A stretch of DNA of 64,000 bases from Myxococcota bacterium (GCA_965228475.1 OZ245817.1:1120001-1184000); one strand, 5' to 3'. Counted from the stretch's first letter, positions 38,217-51,734 are shown. Numbers and translations are program-made. Notes: generated by a model not told the origin, from the letters alone.

Positions 38217-38687
38217 ATGAAGGGCGATCCCGAAATCATCGAGCGGCTGAACGATTGTCTCACCGCGGAGCTCACCGCGATCAACCAGTACTTCATCCAC
38301 TCGCGCATGTGCGAGAACTGGGGCTACGTGCGCCTCGCCAAGCAGAAGTACGACGAGTCGATCGACGAGATGAAGCACGCGGACGCCGTGATCAAGCGCA
38401 TCCTCTACTTCGACGGCACGCCGAACATGCAGCGCCTGAACCCGGTGCGGGTGGGCGAGGACCCCGTCGAGCAGCACAAGCTCGATCTCGAACTGGAACT
38501 CGACAACATCGAGCGCCTGAACGCCGGCATCAAGGCCTGCCGCGAGAAGGGCGACAACGGCACCCGCGCGCTGCTCGAGGAGATCCTCCAGGGCGAGGAA
38601 GAGGGCGCGGACTGGCTCGAGGGCCAGCTCCACGCCATCAACGAAGTCGGCAAGGAGAACTACCTCGCCGAGCAGCTGAACGAGTAG
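38217..38687 (+). CDS. bfr: Bacterioferritin
   Basis: MKGD, ELTAINQYFIH, SIDEMKHAD. Confidence 0.97.
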   Translation: MKGDPEIIERLNDCLTAELTAINQYFIHSRMCENWGYVRLAKQKYDESIDEMKHADAVIKRILYFDGTPNMQRLNPVRVGEDPVEQHKLDLELELDNIERLNAGIKACREKGDNGTRALLEEILQGEEEGADWLEGQLHAINEVGKENYLAEQLNE

Positions 38688-38696
38688 CTCCCGCCG

Positions 38697-39506
38697 CTAG
38701 GCCTGGATCGCGAGCTGGCGCGATTGCGCGAGCAGGGTGCCGTCGGGCGCCCAGATCTCTCCGTCTTCCTCGAGAAAGCCGTCGGCGACGACGCGCGTCT
38801 GGAAGCTCGCCAGCACGTGGGTGCCGGGCACGAGCGCCCGGGTGGCCTCCGGAGCGCGGAAGTGCACCGAGAGGTCGATCGTCGGGATGTGGCCGAGGCT
38901 GCCGGGCTCCGTCGCCACCGAGAAGATCGCGGGCGGCAGTGCATCCGCGAGGGTGGCCACGACGACGGCGTCGGTCGCCTGGGGCTCGGAGAGGCGGATC
39001 CACGCCGCCGAGCGCCCCTGCCGCGAGCCCGACCACGGGTGCTCCGGGATGGCCCAGCGCATGTCGACCTGTTCGTGGAAGGGGAGCTTCATGCCGCCGG
39101 GGCGCAGCGGGAGCGGCTCGGCGCGCTCGAGCGGGATCACCTCCGGCATGCGGGCGTCGTGCATTTCGAGGCCCTGCCGCGGCTTCGAGAGGGCGGCCAT
39201 GCCGATCGCGATCAGGCGGTCGCCCTGGAGCATGCGGGCGGTCATGGTCGAGAGCGAGCGGCCCGCGCGCTCGACGGTGGTCTCGATCTCGACGTCCTCG
39301 CCCTCGGGCCGGCGCAGGTAGTGCACCGTGAAGGAGCGCGGCTCGCGCTCGGCGTCTTCGGCGGCGGCCTCGATTGCGCGCAGCATCACGCCGGCCATGT
39401 AGCCGCCGTTCGGCCCGGCGACGATGAACCACGCCGGGTCGAGCCGGGCGCGGAACCGCCCCGGCGCGGTGGCCTCCACCGCGGTGTCCAGTTCGAACTT
39501 GGTCAT
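38697..39506 (-). CDS. Acyl-CoA thioesterase (double hot-dog)
   Basis: GPNGGY, LADALPP, PTIDLSVHF, LAQSRQL. Confidence 0.88.
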   Translation of the reverse strand: MTKFELDTAVEATAPGRFRARLDPAWFIVAGPNGGYMAGVMLRAIEAAAEDAEREPRSFTVHYLRRPEGEDVEIETTVERAGRSLSTMTARMLQGDRLIAIGMAALSKPRQGLEMHDARMPEVIPLERAEPLPLRPGGMKLPFHEQVDMRWAIPEHPWSGSRQGRSAAWIRLSEPQATDAVVVATLADALPPAIFSVATEPGSLGHIPTIDLSVHFRAPEATRALVPGTHVLASFQTRVVADGFLEEDGEIWAPDGTLLAQSRQLAIQA

Positions 39507-39640
39507 GGGTCGTGATCTCTCCGCCGGGCGCGTTCTAGGAGGATACCCGGATTTTGCCCTCCCCGGCGGCCGCGCGTGCGGCGGATCACAGGCCCGGCCG
39601 GGGCCGGCGTCGATGGAGCCAGCAAGGGAAGGGGAGGGGT

Positions 39641-39964
39641 ATGGAGAGCAAACGAGTCTCGACGATGCTGGTCGCCAAGTTCAAGGCGTGCGGGAAGCTC
39701 GGGGAAGGGAAGATCCGGAATCTCGGTCTCGGCGGGCTGTTCGTCGGGACGCCGTCGATTCCGCCCTCGGGCGAGACCGTGCGCGTGCGCTTCCGGCTGC
39801 CCGACGGCCAGATGGCCGACGTCTCGGGCATGGTCTGGTGGACCACCAAGCAGGACGCCGGCCGCCACCGTGTGCCGGGCTTCGGCCTGCGCCTGATCGA
39901 CGCGGACCCGGCCTACGAGAAGGCCGTGCGCCAGATGGTGGAGGCCGACGCGAGCCGCTTCTAG
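39641..39964 (+). CDS. PilZ domain protein
   Basis: IRNLGLGGLFV, GMVWW, GFGLR; RxxxR motif incomplete. Confidence 0.8.
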   Translation: MESKRVSTMLVAKFKACGKLGEGKIRNLGLGGLFVGTPSIPPSGETVRVRFRLPDGQMADVSGMVWWTTKQDAGRHRVPGFGLRLIDADPAYEKAVRQMVEADASRF

Positions 39965-39996
39965 CGCGCCGTCCGCGGCCTCGATGCCAAACGAGA

Positions 39997-40040
39997 ACAC
40001 GCCCCGGCGGCCTCGCGGCCACCGGGGCGTGTCTTTCGTT
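39997..40040. terminator. Hairpin terminator between convergent pilZ and clpB
   Basis: ACACGCCCCGG...CCGGGGCGTGT stem followed by CTTTCGTT. Confidence 0.7.
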
Positions 40041-40057
40041 GCGGGCCGCCCCGCCCG

Positions 40058-42649
<2,592 letters not shown>

Positions 42650-42870
42650 AGGCCGACAAGCCTAAGCACCACCCAGCGCCGTCAAGCCCCGGTCGTTCAA
42701 CCCTCCCAGGGCCGTGAGAGGGACCTCAAGCCCACCACCGACCGCGAGGGCGGGCCGGGGGCGGCTCAGGCGAAGTAAAGCGCAGCCCGCACTCGGACCT
42801 GGAAGACGCCACCCCCGCCCGACAGGGCGAGCCATGAGCCGGAGTCGCCCCCGGCCCGCCCTCGCGCGCC

Positions 42871-44418
42871 CTAGGCCCCATCCTTCATAGCAACGAAGAG
42901 CGTGCTCTCTCCACGTCGAATCAGCAGCAGCGCCCCATCCTCAGCCGCGTCCAGCGCCTTCTTCAGCTCGGAAACACTGCCGACCTCCTGCCGGTCCACC
43001 TCCAACACCACATCCCCACGCCGCAAGTTGGCGGCCTCGGCCGGGCTCCCCTGCTCGACGCCCGTGATCACCACGCCGCCGTCACCCTCCTCGAGCCCCA
43101 GCTGCTTCGCCATCTGGGGCGTCACGTCCTGGGCCTTGATGCCGAAGCGCGCCGTGCCGCTCTCCTCGGCGGGCGAGCCGTTCGCGTCCGCCAGCTCCGG
43201 CTCGGCGAGCTCGCCGATCTCGACGTCGATCTTCTTGCGCTTGCCGTCGCGCAGGACGATCACCGGCACCTTCGCGCCCACGGAGGTCGCGGCGACCTTG
43301 CGCGGCAGGTCCTCCATGCTCGCGATCTTCGTGCCGTCGAACTCGACGATCACGTCGCCGCGCTCGATGCCCGCGGCCGCCGCCGGGCCGGCCGGGTCGA
43401 CGCGCGAGACGAGCGCCCCCTCGTCGTCCTCGAGCCCGAAGCTCTCGGCGAGGTCCGGCGTGATCTTCTGGATCAGCACGCCGAGCCAGCCGCGCGTGAC
43501 GTGCCCGCTCGAGCGCAGCTGCGGCAGGATCTCCTTCGCCATGTTCACCGGCACCGCGAAGCCGATCGTGTTCGCGCGCGGGTTGATGGCCGTGTTGATG
43601 CCGATCACCTCGCCGCGCAGGTTGAGCAGCGGCCCGCCGGAGTTGCCGGGGTTGATCGCGGCGTCGGTCTGGATGAAGTCGTCGTAGGGGCCCTGGCCGA
43701 TGTTGCGGCCCTTGGCCGAGACGATGCCCGCCGTCACCGTGTGCTCGAGCCCGAAGGGGTTCCCGATCGCCACGACCCAGTCGCCCGGGCGCACGGTGCT
43801 CGAATCGCCGAGGGGCAGGGCCGTCAGCTTCACGTCGCTCTTCACGCGGATCAGCGCGATGTCGGTCTTCGGGTCGCGGCCGATGATCTCCGCGTCGAAC
43901 TCGCGCTCGTCGTCGAAGGCGACCTTGATCGTGTCGACGTCCTCGACCACGTGGTTGTTGGTGACGATGTAGCCGTCCTGGGAGATCACGAAGCCCGTGC
44001 CGAGGCTCGGCACCGAGCGCTGCCGTCGGCCGAAGAACTCCTCGAAGGGCAGGCCGAAGAACTCTTCCCACTGGCGCGGCACGCGCGGCGCCTGCTGGGT
44101 CACGGTCTTCGACGTCTGGATGTTCACCACGGCCGGGGAAGCGGCCTCGGCGAGGTCGGCGAAGTTGGTCGGGACGCCGAACCCGGCCGCGGCGCCGGAA
44201 GCCTGGGCCGGACGCCGCTCGTTCCAGAAGGGTTCGGCCGCGACGTCGGCCTGCGCGTCGTCGCTCGACTCGCCGCGCAGCACGTCGAGCGCGTCCTGCA
44301 GGTCGATCGCTTCCGCCTGGTTGTCGCGCAGGATCACGTCGATGTCGACGACACCCGACGCCACCAGCAGAACGCCGGTCGCGGCGACGAAAAGCAGCCA
44401 ATTCCCCAAACGACTCAT
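42871..44418 (-). CDS. HtrA/DegP serine protease with two PDZ domains
   Basis: TNNHVV, TDIAL, TDAAINPGNSGGPL. Confidence 0.93.
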   Translation of the reverse strand: MSRLGNWLLFVAATGVLLVASGVVDIDVILRDNQAEAIDLQDALDVLRGESSDDAQADVAAEPFWNERRPAQASGAAAGFGVPTNFADLAEAASPAVVNIQTSKTVTQQAPRVPRQWEEFFGLPFEEFFGRRQRSVPSLGTGFVISQDGYIVTNNHVVEDVDTIKVAFDDEREFDAEIIGRDPKTDIALIRVKSDVKLTALPLGDSSTVRPGDWVVAIGNPFGLEHTVTAGIVSAKGRNIGQGPYDDFIQTDAAINPGNSGGPLLNLRGEVIGINTAINPRANTIGFAVPVNMAKEILPQLRSSGHVTRGWLGVLIQKITPDLAESFGLEDDEGALVSRVDPAGPAAAAGIERGDVIVEFDGTKIASMEDLPRKVAATSVGAKVPVIVLRDGKRKKIDVEIGELAEPELADANGSPAEESGTARFGIKAQDVTPQMAKQLGLEEGDGGVVITGVEQGSPAEAANLRRGDVVLEVDRQEVGSVSELKKALDAAEDGALLLIRRGESTLFVAMKDGA

Positions 44419-44505
44419 CGCTTCTCCCTTGGCCCGGTGGGCCCCTGTTCTCCGCGGTCCGTGACCGCTCGATCCGGGCGGGCCCAACGAGCCCGCCGAC
44501 TGGCG

Positions 44506-45888
44506 CTATCCCAGAGGAACCGTGACGTGGTAGCGGCCCCGGCCGCGTCCCACCACGACCAGCGCCCGCGTCTTGCCCCGCAGCCCCAGCACTGCGGTCC
44601 GGAGGCCGTCCTCTCCCGAGAGCGCGCGCCCGTTCACCGCCAGGATGAGGTCTCCGGCTTGGATGCCAAGCCGGGCCGCGCCGCTCCCGCTCCGTACGGA
44701 TTGGACGACGAGCGCCCCCTGCGGGTTCGGCGAAATGCGCATTCCGAGCAGCCGCTCGGACAATTCCTCGACCCGCCCGGCCGGGAGGGCCTTGGCCACG
44801 GGCCGGACGGTGCGGTTCTTGCCGTTTCGCCACAGCTCGAGCCGCGTGCGCTGGCCCTGGGTGACCTGGCCGAGCACCTCGTAGAAGGCGGTCGGCGTGG
44901 CGATCGGCTGGCCCTCGAGGCGCTGGAGGACGTCGCCCCGGGCGATGCCGGCCGCCGCCGCCGGGCTCCGCTCGTGGACCCGGTTCACGAGTGCGCCGGA
45001 GACGCTCTTGGGCAGGTCGAGGGCCGCGCGGAGCTTCTCGTCGAGGGCCTGGAGTTCGACCCCGATCCACACGGGCGTCACTTCGCCGTGTTCGATCAGC
45101 TCGTTCACGATCCGGCTCGCGACGTCGATCGGGATGGCGAAGCCGATGCCCTCGGCGTTGCCGTAGATGGCCGTGTTCACGCCGATCAGCGTGCCTTCCG
45201 CGTTCAGCAGCGGGCCGCCCGAGTTGCCGGGGTTGATCGAGGCGTCGGTCTGGAGGAAGCCGTGGAACACGCGTTGGTCCGTTCGAATCGACCGGTCCAA
45301 TGCGGAGATCACCCCGGTGGTCACCGTGTTCGAGAGCCCGAAGGGGTTGCCGATCGCGATCACGGGCTCGCCGACGAGGAGGTCGTCCGACCGCCCCGGC
45401 GCGATCCAGGGGAGCTTGTCCTTCGTTTCGATGCGCAGGACGGCGAGGTCGTTGTTCGGGTCCGCGCCGATGGCTTCGGCGTCGTACTCGCGGCCATCAG
45501 CGAGCTTCACGCGGATCACGTCGGCCTGGGCGACGACGTGGGCGTTCGTGAGCACGTGGCCCTTGGCGTCGATCAGCACGCCCGAGCCGAGGTTCTGCAC
45601 CTGCCGGCTCCCGACGCGCGGCTCGAAGAAGCGGCGGAAGAAGTTGTCGAAGTGGGGGTCGCGCCCGAGCCCGAGGCCGCCGAAGGGGCTGCGCGTGCGC
45701 ACGGTGCGCTCGGTGGTGATGTTGACGACGCTCGGCCCGACCCGCTCGACCGCGGTGACCGTGGCCGTGCGGCGCAGGAAGGGGTCGGCCGCTTCGGCCG
45801 GGAGCGGGGTGGCCACGCCCGCCAGCGCGATCGCCGCCGCCGCGAGGATCGCTCCGAGTCCGAGCCACTCCTGCGGGCTTCGCCTCAT
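44506..45888 (-). CDS. HtrA/DegQ-like serine protease
   Basis: TNAHVV, NDLAVL, TDASINPGNSGGPL, PDZ domains. Confidence 0.92.
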   Translation of the reverse strand: MRRSPQEWLGLGAILAAAAIALAGVATPLPAEAADPFLRRTATVTAVERVGPSVVNITTERTVRTRSPFGGLGLGRDPHFDNFFRRFFEPRVGSRQVQNLGSGVLIDAKGHVLTNAHVVAQADVIRVKLADGREYDAEAIGADPNNDLAVLRIETKDKLPWIAPGRSDDLLVGEPVIAIGNPFGLSNTVTTGVISALDRSIRTDQRVFHGFLQTDASINPGNSGGPLLNAEGTLIGVNTAIYGNAEGIGFAIPIDVASRIVNELIEHGEVTPVWIGVELQALDEKLRAALDLPKSVSGALVNRVHERSPAAAAGIARGDVLQRLEGQPIATPTAFYEVLGQVTQGQRTRLELWRNGKNRTVRPVAKALPAGRVEELSERLLGMRISPNPQGALVVQSVRSGSGAARLGIQAGDLILAVNGRALSGEDGLRTAVLGLRGKTRALVVVGRGRGRYHVTVPLG

Positions 45889-45997
45889 CGCGCTGGACCG
45901 TTCGATTGCACCACCGTTGGACGCACGGAACGTGCGGGCCATTCACCCCCCTGGGCTCGCTTTTCGAGCGGGCGCATGATAACTCCGGAAGCCGCTC

Positions 45998-47221
45998 ATG
46001 CCTCCGTCTTCCACCGTACCTGGTGCCTCCCAGAGTGCCGCCTCCGAGCGCTCCTTCGAGGAGCTGCTCGCGGCATTTCCGGGGCGTTTCGACGCCACCC
46101 CGGGCTTCGCGGTTCGCGCGCCCGGCCGCGTGAATCTGATCGGCGAGCACACGGACTACAGCGGCGGCCTCGTCCTGCCCTGCGCGATCGACCGCGCGAC
46201 GTACATCGTGGGGGTGCGGCGCGGCGACCGGCGCGTGCGCGTGCACTCCCGAGAGACGAGCGGCGACGGGGCGCCGGCGAGCTTCCGCCTGGACGCCCCG
46301 CTCGAGCCCGCCGGCGACTGGCTCGACTACGTCCGCGGCGCCTGCCGGACCGTCGCGGCCGAGACCGGCCGCGAGCTGCCGGGCTTCGACCTCGCCGTGG
46401 CGAGCGACGTGCCGGGCGAATCCGGGCTCTCGAGCTCCGCGGCCTTCGGCGTCGCGCTGGTCACCGCGATCGAGCAGGCGCTCGGGCTCGAGTTCGCCCC
46501 CGTCGACCGCGGCCGGCTCGCCCACCGCACCGAGCGCGAGTTCGTCGGCGTGCCGTGCGGGATCATGGACCAGTACGCGAGCGCCCTCGGCCGCGCGGAC
46601 CACGCGCTCCGGCTCGACTGCCGCAGCCTCGAAACGCGTTGGCTTCCGCTTCCAGGGCAGGACGTCCGCATCCTCGTCGCGCACTCCGGCGTGCGGCGGC
46701 GGCTCGCCGGGGGAAGCTACGGCGACCGCGCGGCCGAGTGCGAAGCGGCGCGCGAGGCCGCGGCAGCGGAGCTCGGGCCGCACGTCGAGGCGCTGCGCGA
46801 CGTCACGGTCGCGGACCTCGGGCGTCTCGAGGCAGCGCTCGAACCGATGCTCTACCGGAGGCTGCGCCACGTGGTCACCGAGAACGCGCGGGTCGAGGCG
46901 TTCTGCGGCGCGCTCGTGCAGCGCGATTTCCCGCTCGCCGGGCAGCTCCTCGACGTCGGCATGGCGAGCCTGCGCGACGATTTCGAGGTGAGCCTGCCGG
47001 AGCTCGATCACCTGTGCGCCGCCGGGAACGCCCAGCCGGGCGTGTACGGCTCCCGCCTCACGGGGGCGGGCTTCGGCGGATGCACGATCCACCTGGTGGA
47101 TGCGCCGCGCGCGCAGGCGGCGGCGGAGGGCCTGGCCCAGGGCTTCGAGGAGCGCTTCGGGCGCCGGCCGCCGGTCTTCGAGATCGTGCCGGCCGAGGGC
47201 GCCTCGGCGATCGAGCTCTAG
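45998..47221 (+). CDS. galK: Galactokinase
   Basis: APGRVNLIGEHTDY, GLSSSAA, CGIMDQ, RLTGAGFGG. Confidence 0.95.
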   Translation: MPPSSTVPGASQSAASERSFEELLAAFPGRFDATPGFAVRAPGRVNLIGEHTDYSGGLVLPCAIDRATYIVGVRRGDRRVRVHSRETSGDGAPASFRLDAPLEPAGDWLDYVRGACRTVAAETGRELPGFDLAVASDVPGESGLSSSAAFGVALVTAIEQALGLEFAPVDRGRLAHRTEREFVGVPCGIMDQYASALGRADHALRLDCRSLETRWLPLPGQDVRILVAHSGVRRRLAGGSYGDRAAECEAAREAAAAELGPHVEALRDVTVADLGRLEAALEPMLYRRLRHVVTENARVEAFCGALVQRDFPLAGQLLDVGMASLRDDFEVSLPELDHLCAAGNAQPGVYGSRLTGAGFGGCTIHLVDAPRAQAAAEGLAQGFEERFGRRPPVFEIVPAEGASAIEL

Positions 47222-47236
47222 GAACCGGCCGGGGCG

Positions 47237-48676
47237 CTACTCGCTGTGCGAGGCGGCGTCCTGATCCGCGCCGGGTTCGCCGCGCTCGGCCGGCGTCGCG
47301 CCGCGCTTCACGAGCAGGTACTTCACCATGTCGCCGCGGCGGGCGGTGATGAGCACGACTTCCTTCTCCTCGGTCGCGTCGATGGCGCTGCGGAAGCCGG
47401 CGAGATCCTTCACCTCGTCGTCGCCGATGCGGGCGATCACGTCGCCCGGCTTCAGGCCCGACTCGCTGGCCGGCGAGCCGCGCTCGACGAAGCGGACGTA
47501 GGCGCCCTCGCGCGTGGCGAGGCGCTGATCGCGGTAGGTGATCTCGGTGATCTCCTCGACGTGGAAGCCGAGGTCGCTCTCCTCGTCGTTCGGGACGACG
47601 GCGGGCTGGGCGGAGAGCACGATCTCGACGTCGCGCGCGTCGCCCCCGCGCAGGATGCGCAGGCTCGCGTTCTCGCCCGGCGCGATGCCGGCGACCTGGC
47701 GCTGGAAGGTGCCGAGGTCCTCTTCCTTCTCGGCGGCGACGGACTCGCCGTTGAAGTGGGTGACGACGTCGCCCGGCTCGAGGCCGGCCTTCGCCGCCGG
47801 TGACCGCCCGGACACGGAGTTCACGATCACGCCCGTGACGTCCGGGATGCCGAAGTAGCCGGCGAGGTCGCGGTCGAGGGGTTGGATCGTCACGCCCATC
47901 CAGCCGCGCTCGACGCCGCCTGCGGCGAGCTGCTCGACCACGTCGAGGGCCGTGTCGATCGGGATGGTGAAGCCGATGCCGCGGCCCTGGCCGCGCGAGT
48001 TGATGCCGATCACGCGGCCGTCGAGGTCGACGAGCGGGCCGCCCGAGGAGCCGCGGTCGATCATCGCGTCGGTCTGGATGAAGTCGTTCAGGATCTTGTC
48101 GACTTCGAGGTTGCGGCCCTTGGCCGAGACGATCCCGAAGGAGACCGTGCCGTCGAGGCCGTAGGGGTTGCCCACGGCGAGCACCCACTGGCCGACGCGC
48201 AGGGCGTCGACGGAGCCGAGCTGCGCGACCGGGAGCGGGTCGCCGTCCGGTTCGATCTGGAGGAGCGCCACGTCGGTCTGCTTGTCCGCGCCGACCACGG
48301 TGGCCGGGTACTTCTGCGTGCGGCCGGGGATGGTCACCTCGACCTTCTGCGCCTTGTCGACGACGTGCTGGTTCGTGACGATCTGGCCGCTCGCGTCGAT
48401 GATGAAGCCCGAGCCTTCGACGTGCTTCCGGCGGTTGTTGACCTTCACGATCGCTTCGATGTGCACGACGATCGGCTTCACGCGCTCCGACACCGCGATG
48501 ATGCGTTCCTGGAGCGTTTCGAAGGCGGCGAGCTCCTCGCCGGCGTCCGGCGCGCCGTGGGAGGGCGCGGGCATCGCGAGCAGGCATGCGGCGGCGAGCC
48601 AGGCGGCGGCTCGCGCACGAACGGCGCCGCGCCCGGTGGCGACCCTCTCGGCGGTGTGGGGACGTCGGCTTCGCAT
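47237..48676 (-). CDS. HtrA-like serine protease (variant active-site loop); start uncertain
   Basis: TNQHVV, TDVAL, TDAMIDRGSSGGPL, PDZ domains. Confidence 0.88.
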   Translation of the reverse strand: MRSRRPHTAERVATGRGAVRARAAAWLAAACLLAMPAPSHGAPDAGEELAAFETLQERIIAVSERVKPIVVHIEAIVKVNNRRKHVEGSGFIIDASGQIVTNQHVVDKAQKVEVTIPGRTQKYPATVVGADKQTDVALLQIEPDGDPLPVAQLGSVDALRVGQWVLAVGNPYGLDGTVSFGIVSAKGRNLEVDKILNDFIQTDAMIDRGSSGGPLVDLDGRVIGINSRGQGRGIGFTIPIDTALDVVEQLAAGGVERGWMGVTIQPLDRDLAGYFGIPDVTGVIVNSVSGRSPAAKAGLEPGDVVTHFNGESVAAEKEEDLGTFQRQVAGIAPGENASLRILRGGDARDVEIVLSAQPAVVPNDEESDLGFHVEEITEITYRDQRLATREGAYVRFVERGSPASESGLKPGDVIARIGDDEVKDLAGFRSAIDATEEKEVVLITARRGDMVKYLLVKRGATPAERGEPGADQDAASHSE

Positions 48677-48803
48677 GGCTCCTCCTCCATTCATCCTGTC
48701 GTCTTCGGCCGGAACGGGTCGGCAGTTGAAGACTGCCTGGCCTCCTGGGGAAGACGGCGCGGGCCGCCGCGCGGTTCTCGGCGGCAAAGCCGGAGGGTAG
48801 CCC

Positions 48804-49469
48804 TCACCGGTCGAGGGCCGCCCGGAGCCGCGCCGCCGCCTCGCCCGGGTGGGTTGCCGAGAACACCGCGCCGGTCACGGCGACGCCGGCCGCGCCGGCC
48901 CGGAGGGCGGCGGGCGCCGTTTCCGCGTCGATCCCGCCCTGGGCGATCAGGCGAAGGCCCGCCGAAGCGGGGACGGAGGCGGCGGCCTCGGCGAGGACGC
49001 CCGGGCCGAGGGCGGGCCGCTCGCGGGGCTTCGAGAGGGGGTCGAAGACTGGGGCCAGGTGGGCGTAGTCCGCGCCCGCGCGGGCTGCGGCGGCCACTTC
49101 TTCGGCGGAGTGGGTCGAAACGCCCACTATCCAATGGTCCTTTGAGTGCTCGGTGCCGAGTTTGCGAGCCGCTTCGGGAGCATGCCCGTCGAAGCCCAGG
49201 TGAACGCCGTCGGCCCCGGCGGCCAGCGCCACGTCCGCCCGCCGGTTCACGAAGAGCCGCACCTCGCCCGCGCGCTTCGCGGCGGCGGCCCGGGCCGCGC
49301 GGCCGATCGCCTCGCAGAACTCGAGGAGTTCGCGCGCTTCGAGGGAGCGGTCGCGGATCTGGATCCAGTCGGCGCCGGCGGCGACCGCGCTGGCGATGGC
49401 CTCGGGCCAGTCCGCGCGGTCCGCGGCGGCCCCGGTGACGAGGCAGAGGATCGGGCGGTCCGCGGTCAG
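48804..49469 (-). CDS. thiE: Thiamine-phosphate synthase ThiE/TenI family
   Basis: ILCLVT, WIQIRD, ADGVHL, VSTHS, GADY, AQGGID; N-terminal motifs lie upstream of the first ATG/GTG/TTG, so a CTG start is inferred. Confidence 0.8.
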   Translation of the reverse strand: MTADRPILCLVTGAAADRADWPEAIASAVAAGADWIQIRDRSLEARELLEFCEAIGRAARAAAAKRAGEVRLFVNRRADVALAAGADGVHLGFDGHAPEAARKLGTEHSKDHWIVGVSTHSAEEVAAAARAGADYAHLAPVFDPLSKPRERPALGPGVLAEAAASVPASAGLRLIAQGGIDAETAPAALRAGAAGVAVTGAVFSATHPGEAAARLRAALDR

Positions 49470-49472
49470 AGG

Positions 49473-50276
49473 CTAGAAGCTCGCGAGCCCGTCGAGGGGG
49501 CTCGAAGCCGAGGCGTAGAGCCGGCGCGGCATGCGGCCGGACTCGTAGGCCAGCCGGCCCGAGGCGACGGCCATGCGCATGGCGTGGGCCATGCGCTCGG
49601 GCTCCTTGGCCTGGGCGATCGCCGTGTTCATGAGCACCGCCGTGGCGCCGAGCTCCATCGCAATGGCCGCGTCGCTCGCGGTGCCGACGCCCGCGTCGAC
49701 GATCACGGGGACTTCGACGGTCTCGAGGATGATGCGCAGGTTGGCGGGGTTGCGGATGCCGAGGCCCGAGCCGATCGGCGCGGCGAGGGGCATCACCGCC
49801 GGGCAGCCCATGGCGGCGAGGCGCTGGCATGCGACCGGGTCGTCGTTCACGTAGGGGAGGACGGTGAAGCCGTCGGCGAGGAGCGTCTCGGCGGCCTCGA
49901 GCGTGGCGGGGACGTCCGGGAAGAGCGTGCGCTCGTCGCCGATCACCTCGAGCTTCACGAGGTCCGTCCCGAGCAGCTCGCGGCCGAGCCGCGCCGTCGT
50001 GACGGCGTCGTCGGCGGTGTAACACCCGGCGGTGTTGGGAAGCAGGGTGAACTCCGAGGGCGGGATGTGGTCGAGCAGCTCGCGGCCTTCGGGCTGGTCG
50101 AGCGGGATCCGGCGCAGGGCGACCGTGATCATCTCGGCGCCGCTCGCATCCAGACAGGTGCGGTTCTGCTCGAAGGAGGCGTACTTGCCCGTGCCGATGA
50201 TCAGGCGCGAGTGGAACGTGTGCGGCCCGACGGCCCAGGTTTCACTGCTCGGGGCTTCGATCGTGCTCTGGCTCAT
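49473..50276 (-). CDS. thiG: Thiazole synthase
   Basis: [40 protein letters not shown]. Confidence 0.97.
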   Translation of the reverse strand: MSQSTIEAPSSETWAVGPHTFHSRLIIGTGKYASFEQNRTCLDASGAEMITVALRRIPLDQPEGRELLDHIPPSEFTLLPNTAGCYTADDAVTTARLGRELLGTDLVKLEVIGDERTLFPDVPATLEAAETLLADGFTVLPYVNDDPVACQRLAAMGCPAVMPLAAPIGSGLGIRNPANLRIILETVEVPVIVDAGVGTASDAAIAMELGATAVLMNTAIAQAKEPERMAHAMRMAVASGRLAYESGRMPRRLYASASSPLDGLASF

Positions 50277-50307
50277 CGTCCACCTCCAACGGGTCGTCGG
50301 GAATGCT

Positions 50308-50535
50308 TCATCGTCCGCCGCCAACGGCTTGCAGAATTTCGACGCGGTCGCCGGGTGCGAGCACGTGGTTCGGGAAGGTCGAGCGCGGCACGACCTCGCG
50401 GTTCACGGCGACGGCGATGCGGCGCTCGCCGAGCCCGAGGGCCGCGACGAGCCCCTCGACCGTCTCGCCCGCGGCGAGGGCGCGGGGCTCCCCGTTCACG
50501 AGGATCTCGTCGTGGGCCGGCGCAGCGTCGGACAT
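50308..50535 (-). CDS. thiS: Sulfur carrier ThiS
   Basis: [32 protein letters not shown]. Confidence 0.92.
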   Translation of the reverse strand: MSDAAPAHDEILVNGEPRALAAGETVEGLVAALGLGERRIAVAVNREVVPRSTFPNHVLAPGDRVEILQAVGGGR

Positions 50536-50564
50536 CGGCGAAAGCATAGGTTAAATACGACGGG

Positions 50565-51734
50565 ATGGACGGCGGGCGGCCCATCGAGACGCGCATCGAC
50601 CGCGCCGCGCTGCGCGCGAACCTCGCCCTCGTGCGCGAGCGGGCGCCGGGCCGGGCCGTCACCGCCGTCGTCAAGGCCGATGCCTACGGCCACGGGGCAG
50701 CGGCCGTCGCCGATACCCTGGCCGAAGCGGGCGCCGAGAAGTTTGCCGTGCTCTCCGTCGACGAGGCCTGCGACCTGCGCGCGGGCGAGGCGGGTCCCCG
50801 GTCGACCGTGCCGGTGCTGGTCCTCTCCGGCGTGCACGGGCCCGACGAAGCGCTCGAGGTGGTCGAGCAGGGGTTCATCCCGGTTCTCCACCACGAGCAA
50901 GGCGCCGCGCTCGTGGCGGAGGCCGCGGGAGCGGCCGGGCTGCCGGCGCCGGTCCACGTCGAGATCGATACGGGCATGCGCCGCATGGGCGTCGCGCCCG
51001 AGGCGGCGGTCGAGTTCCTCGGCCGCGTCGCGCGCGATCCGGCTCTCGAGCTGGCGGGCGTCTTCACCCACCTGGCGCGCGCCGACGAGCCGGATCCGGC
51101 GCCGTCCTGCGAGCAGCTCGAGCGCTTCGCTGCGCTGCTCGCGGCGGCGCGCGAGCGCGGCGTCGAGCTCGGCGAGGTCCACGCGGCGAACTCGGCCGGA
51201 GTGCTCACCTGGCCCGCCTACGAGGAGGTCGCCCCCGAGACCCACGCCGTGCGGCCTGGGATCCTGCTCTACGGCTCGAACCCGGCCCCCCACGTTCCGG
51301 TCGAGCCCGAGCCGGTGATGACCCTCGCGACGCGCGTGGTCGCCCTGCGCGACGTCGCGCCCGGCGACGGCGTCGGCTACGGCGCGATCTTCCGGGCGCC
51401 GCGCCGCGGGCGCGTGGCGACCCTCGCCGCGGGCTACGCCGACGGCGTCCCGCGCTGTGCCGGCGAGCCCGGGCGGCCGCCGGCCTACGTGCTGATCGGC
51501 AACCGCCGTTTCGCGATCGCCGGCCGCGTCTCCATGGACTACCTGACGGTCTTCCTCGACGAGGAGAGCAACGACGTTTCGCTCGGGGACGAAGCCACCG
51601 TCTTCGGCAAGAACCGCGACGGCACGGTGCTGCGCGCCGACGAACTCGCCGCGGCCACGGGCACCATCGCCTACGAGCTCTTCTCGAGCGTCGGTGCCAG
51701 CGCGACGCGCGTGCTCTCGGTCCTCGAGGGCTGA
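50565..51734 (+). CDS. alr: Alanine racemase
   Basis: [34 protein letters not shown]. Confidence 0.96.
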   Translation: MDGGRPIETRIDRAALRANLALVRERAPGRAVTAVVKADAYGHGAAAVADTLAEAGAEKFAVLSVDEACDLRAGEAGPRSTVPVLVLSGVHGPDEALEVVEQGFIPVLHHEQGAALVAEAAGAAGLPAPVHVEIDTGMRRMGVAPEAAVEFLGRVARDPALELAGVFTHLARADEPDPAPSCEQLERFAALLAAARERGVELGEVHAANSAGVLTWPAYEEVAPETHAVRPGILLYGSNPAPHVPVEPEPVMTLATRVVALRDVAPGDGVGYGAIFRAPRRGRVATLAAGYADGVPRCAGEPGRPPAYVLIGNRRFAIAGRVSMDYLTVFLDEESNDVSLGDEATVFGKNRDGTVLRADELAAATGTIAYELFSSVGASATRVLSVLEG

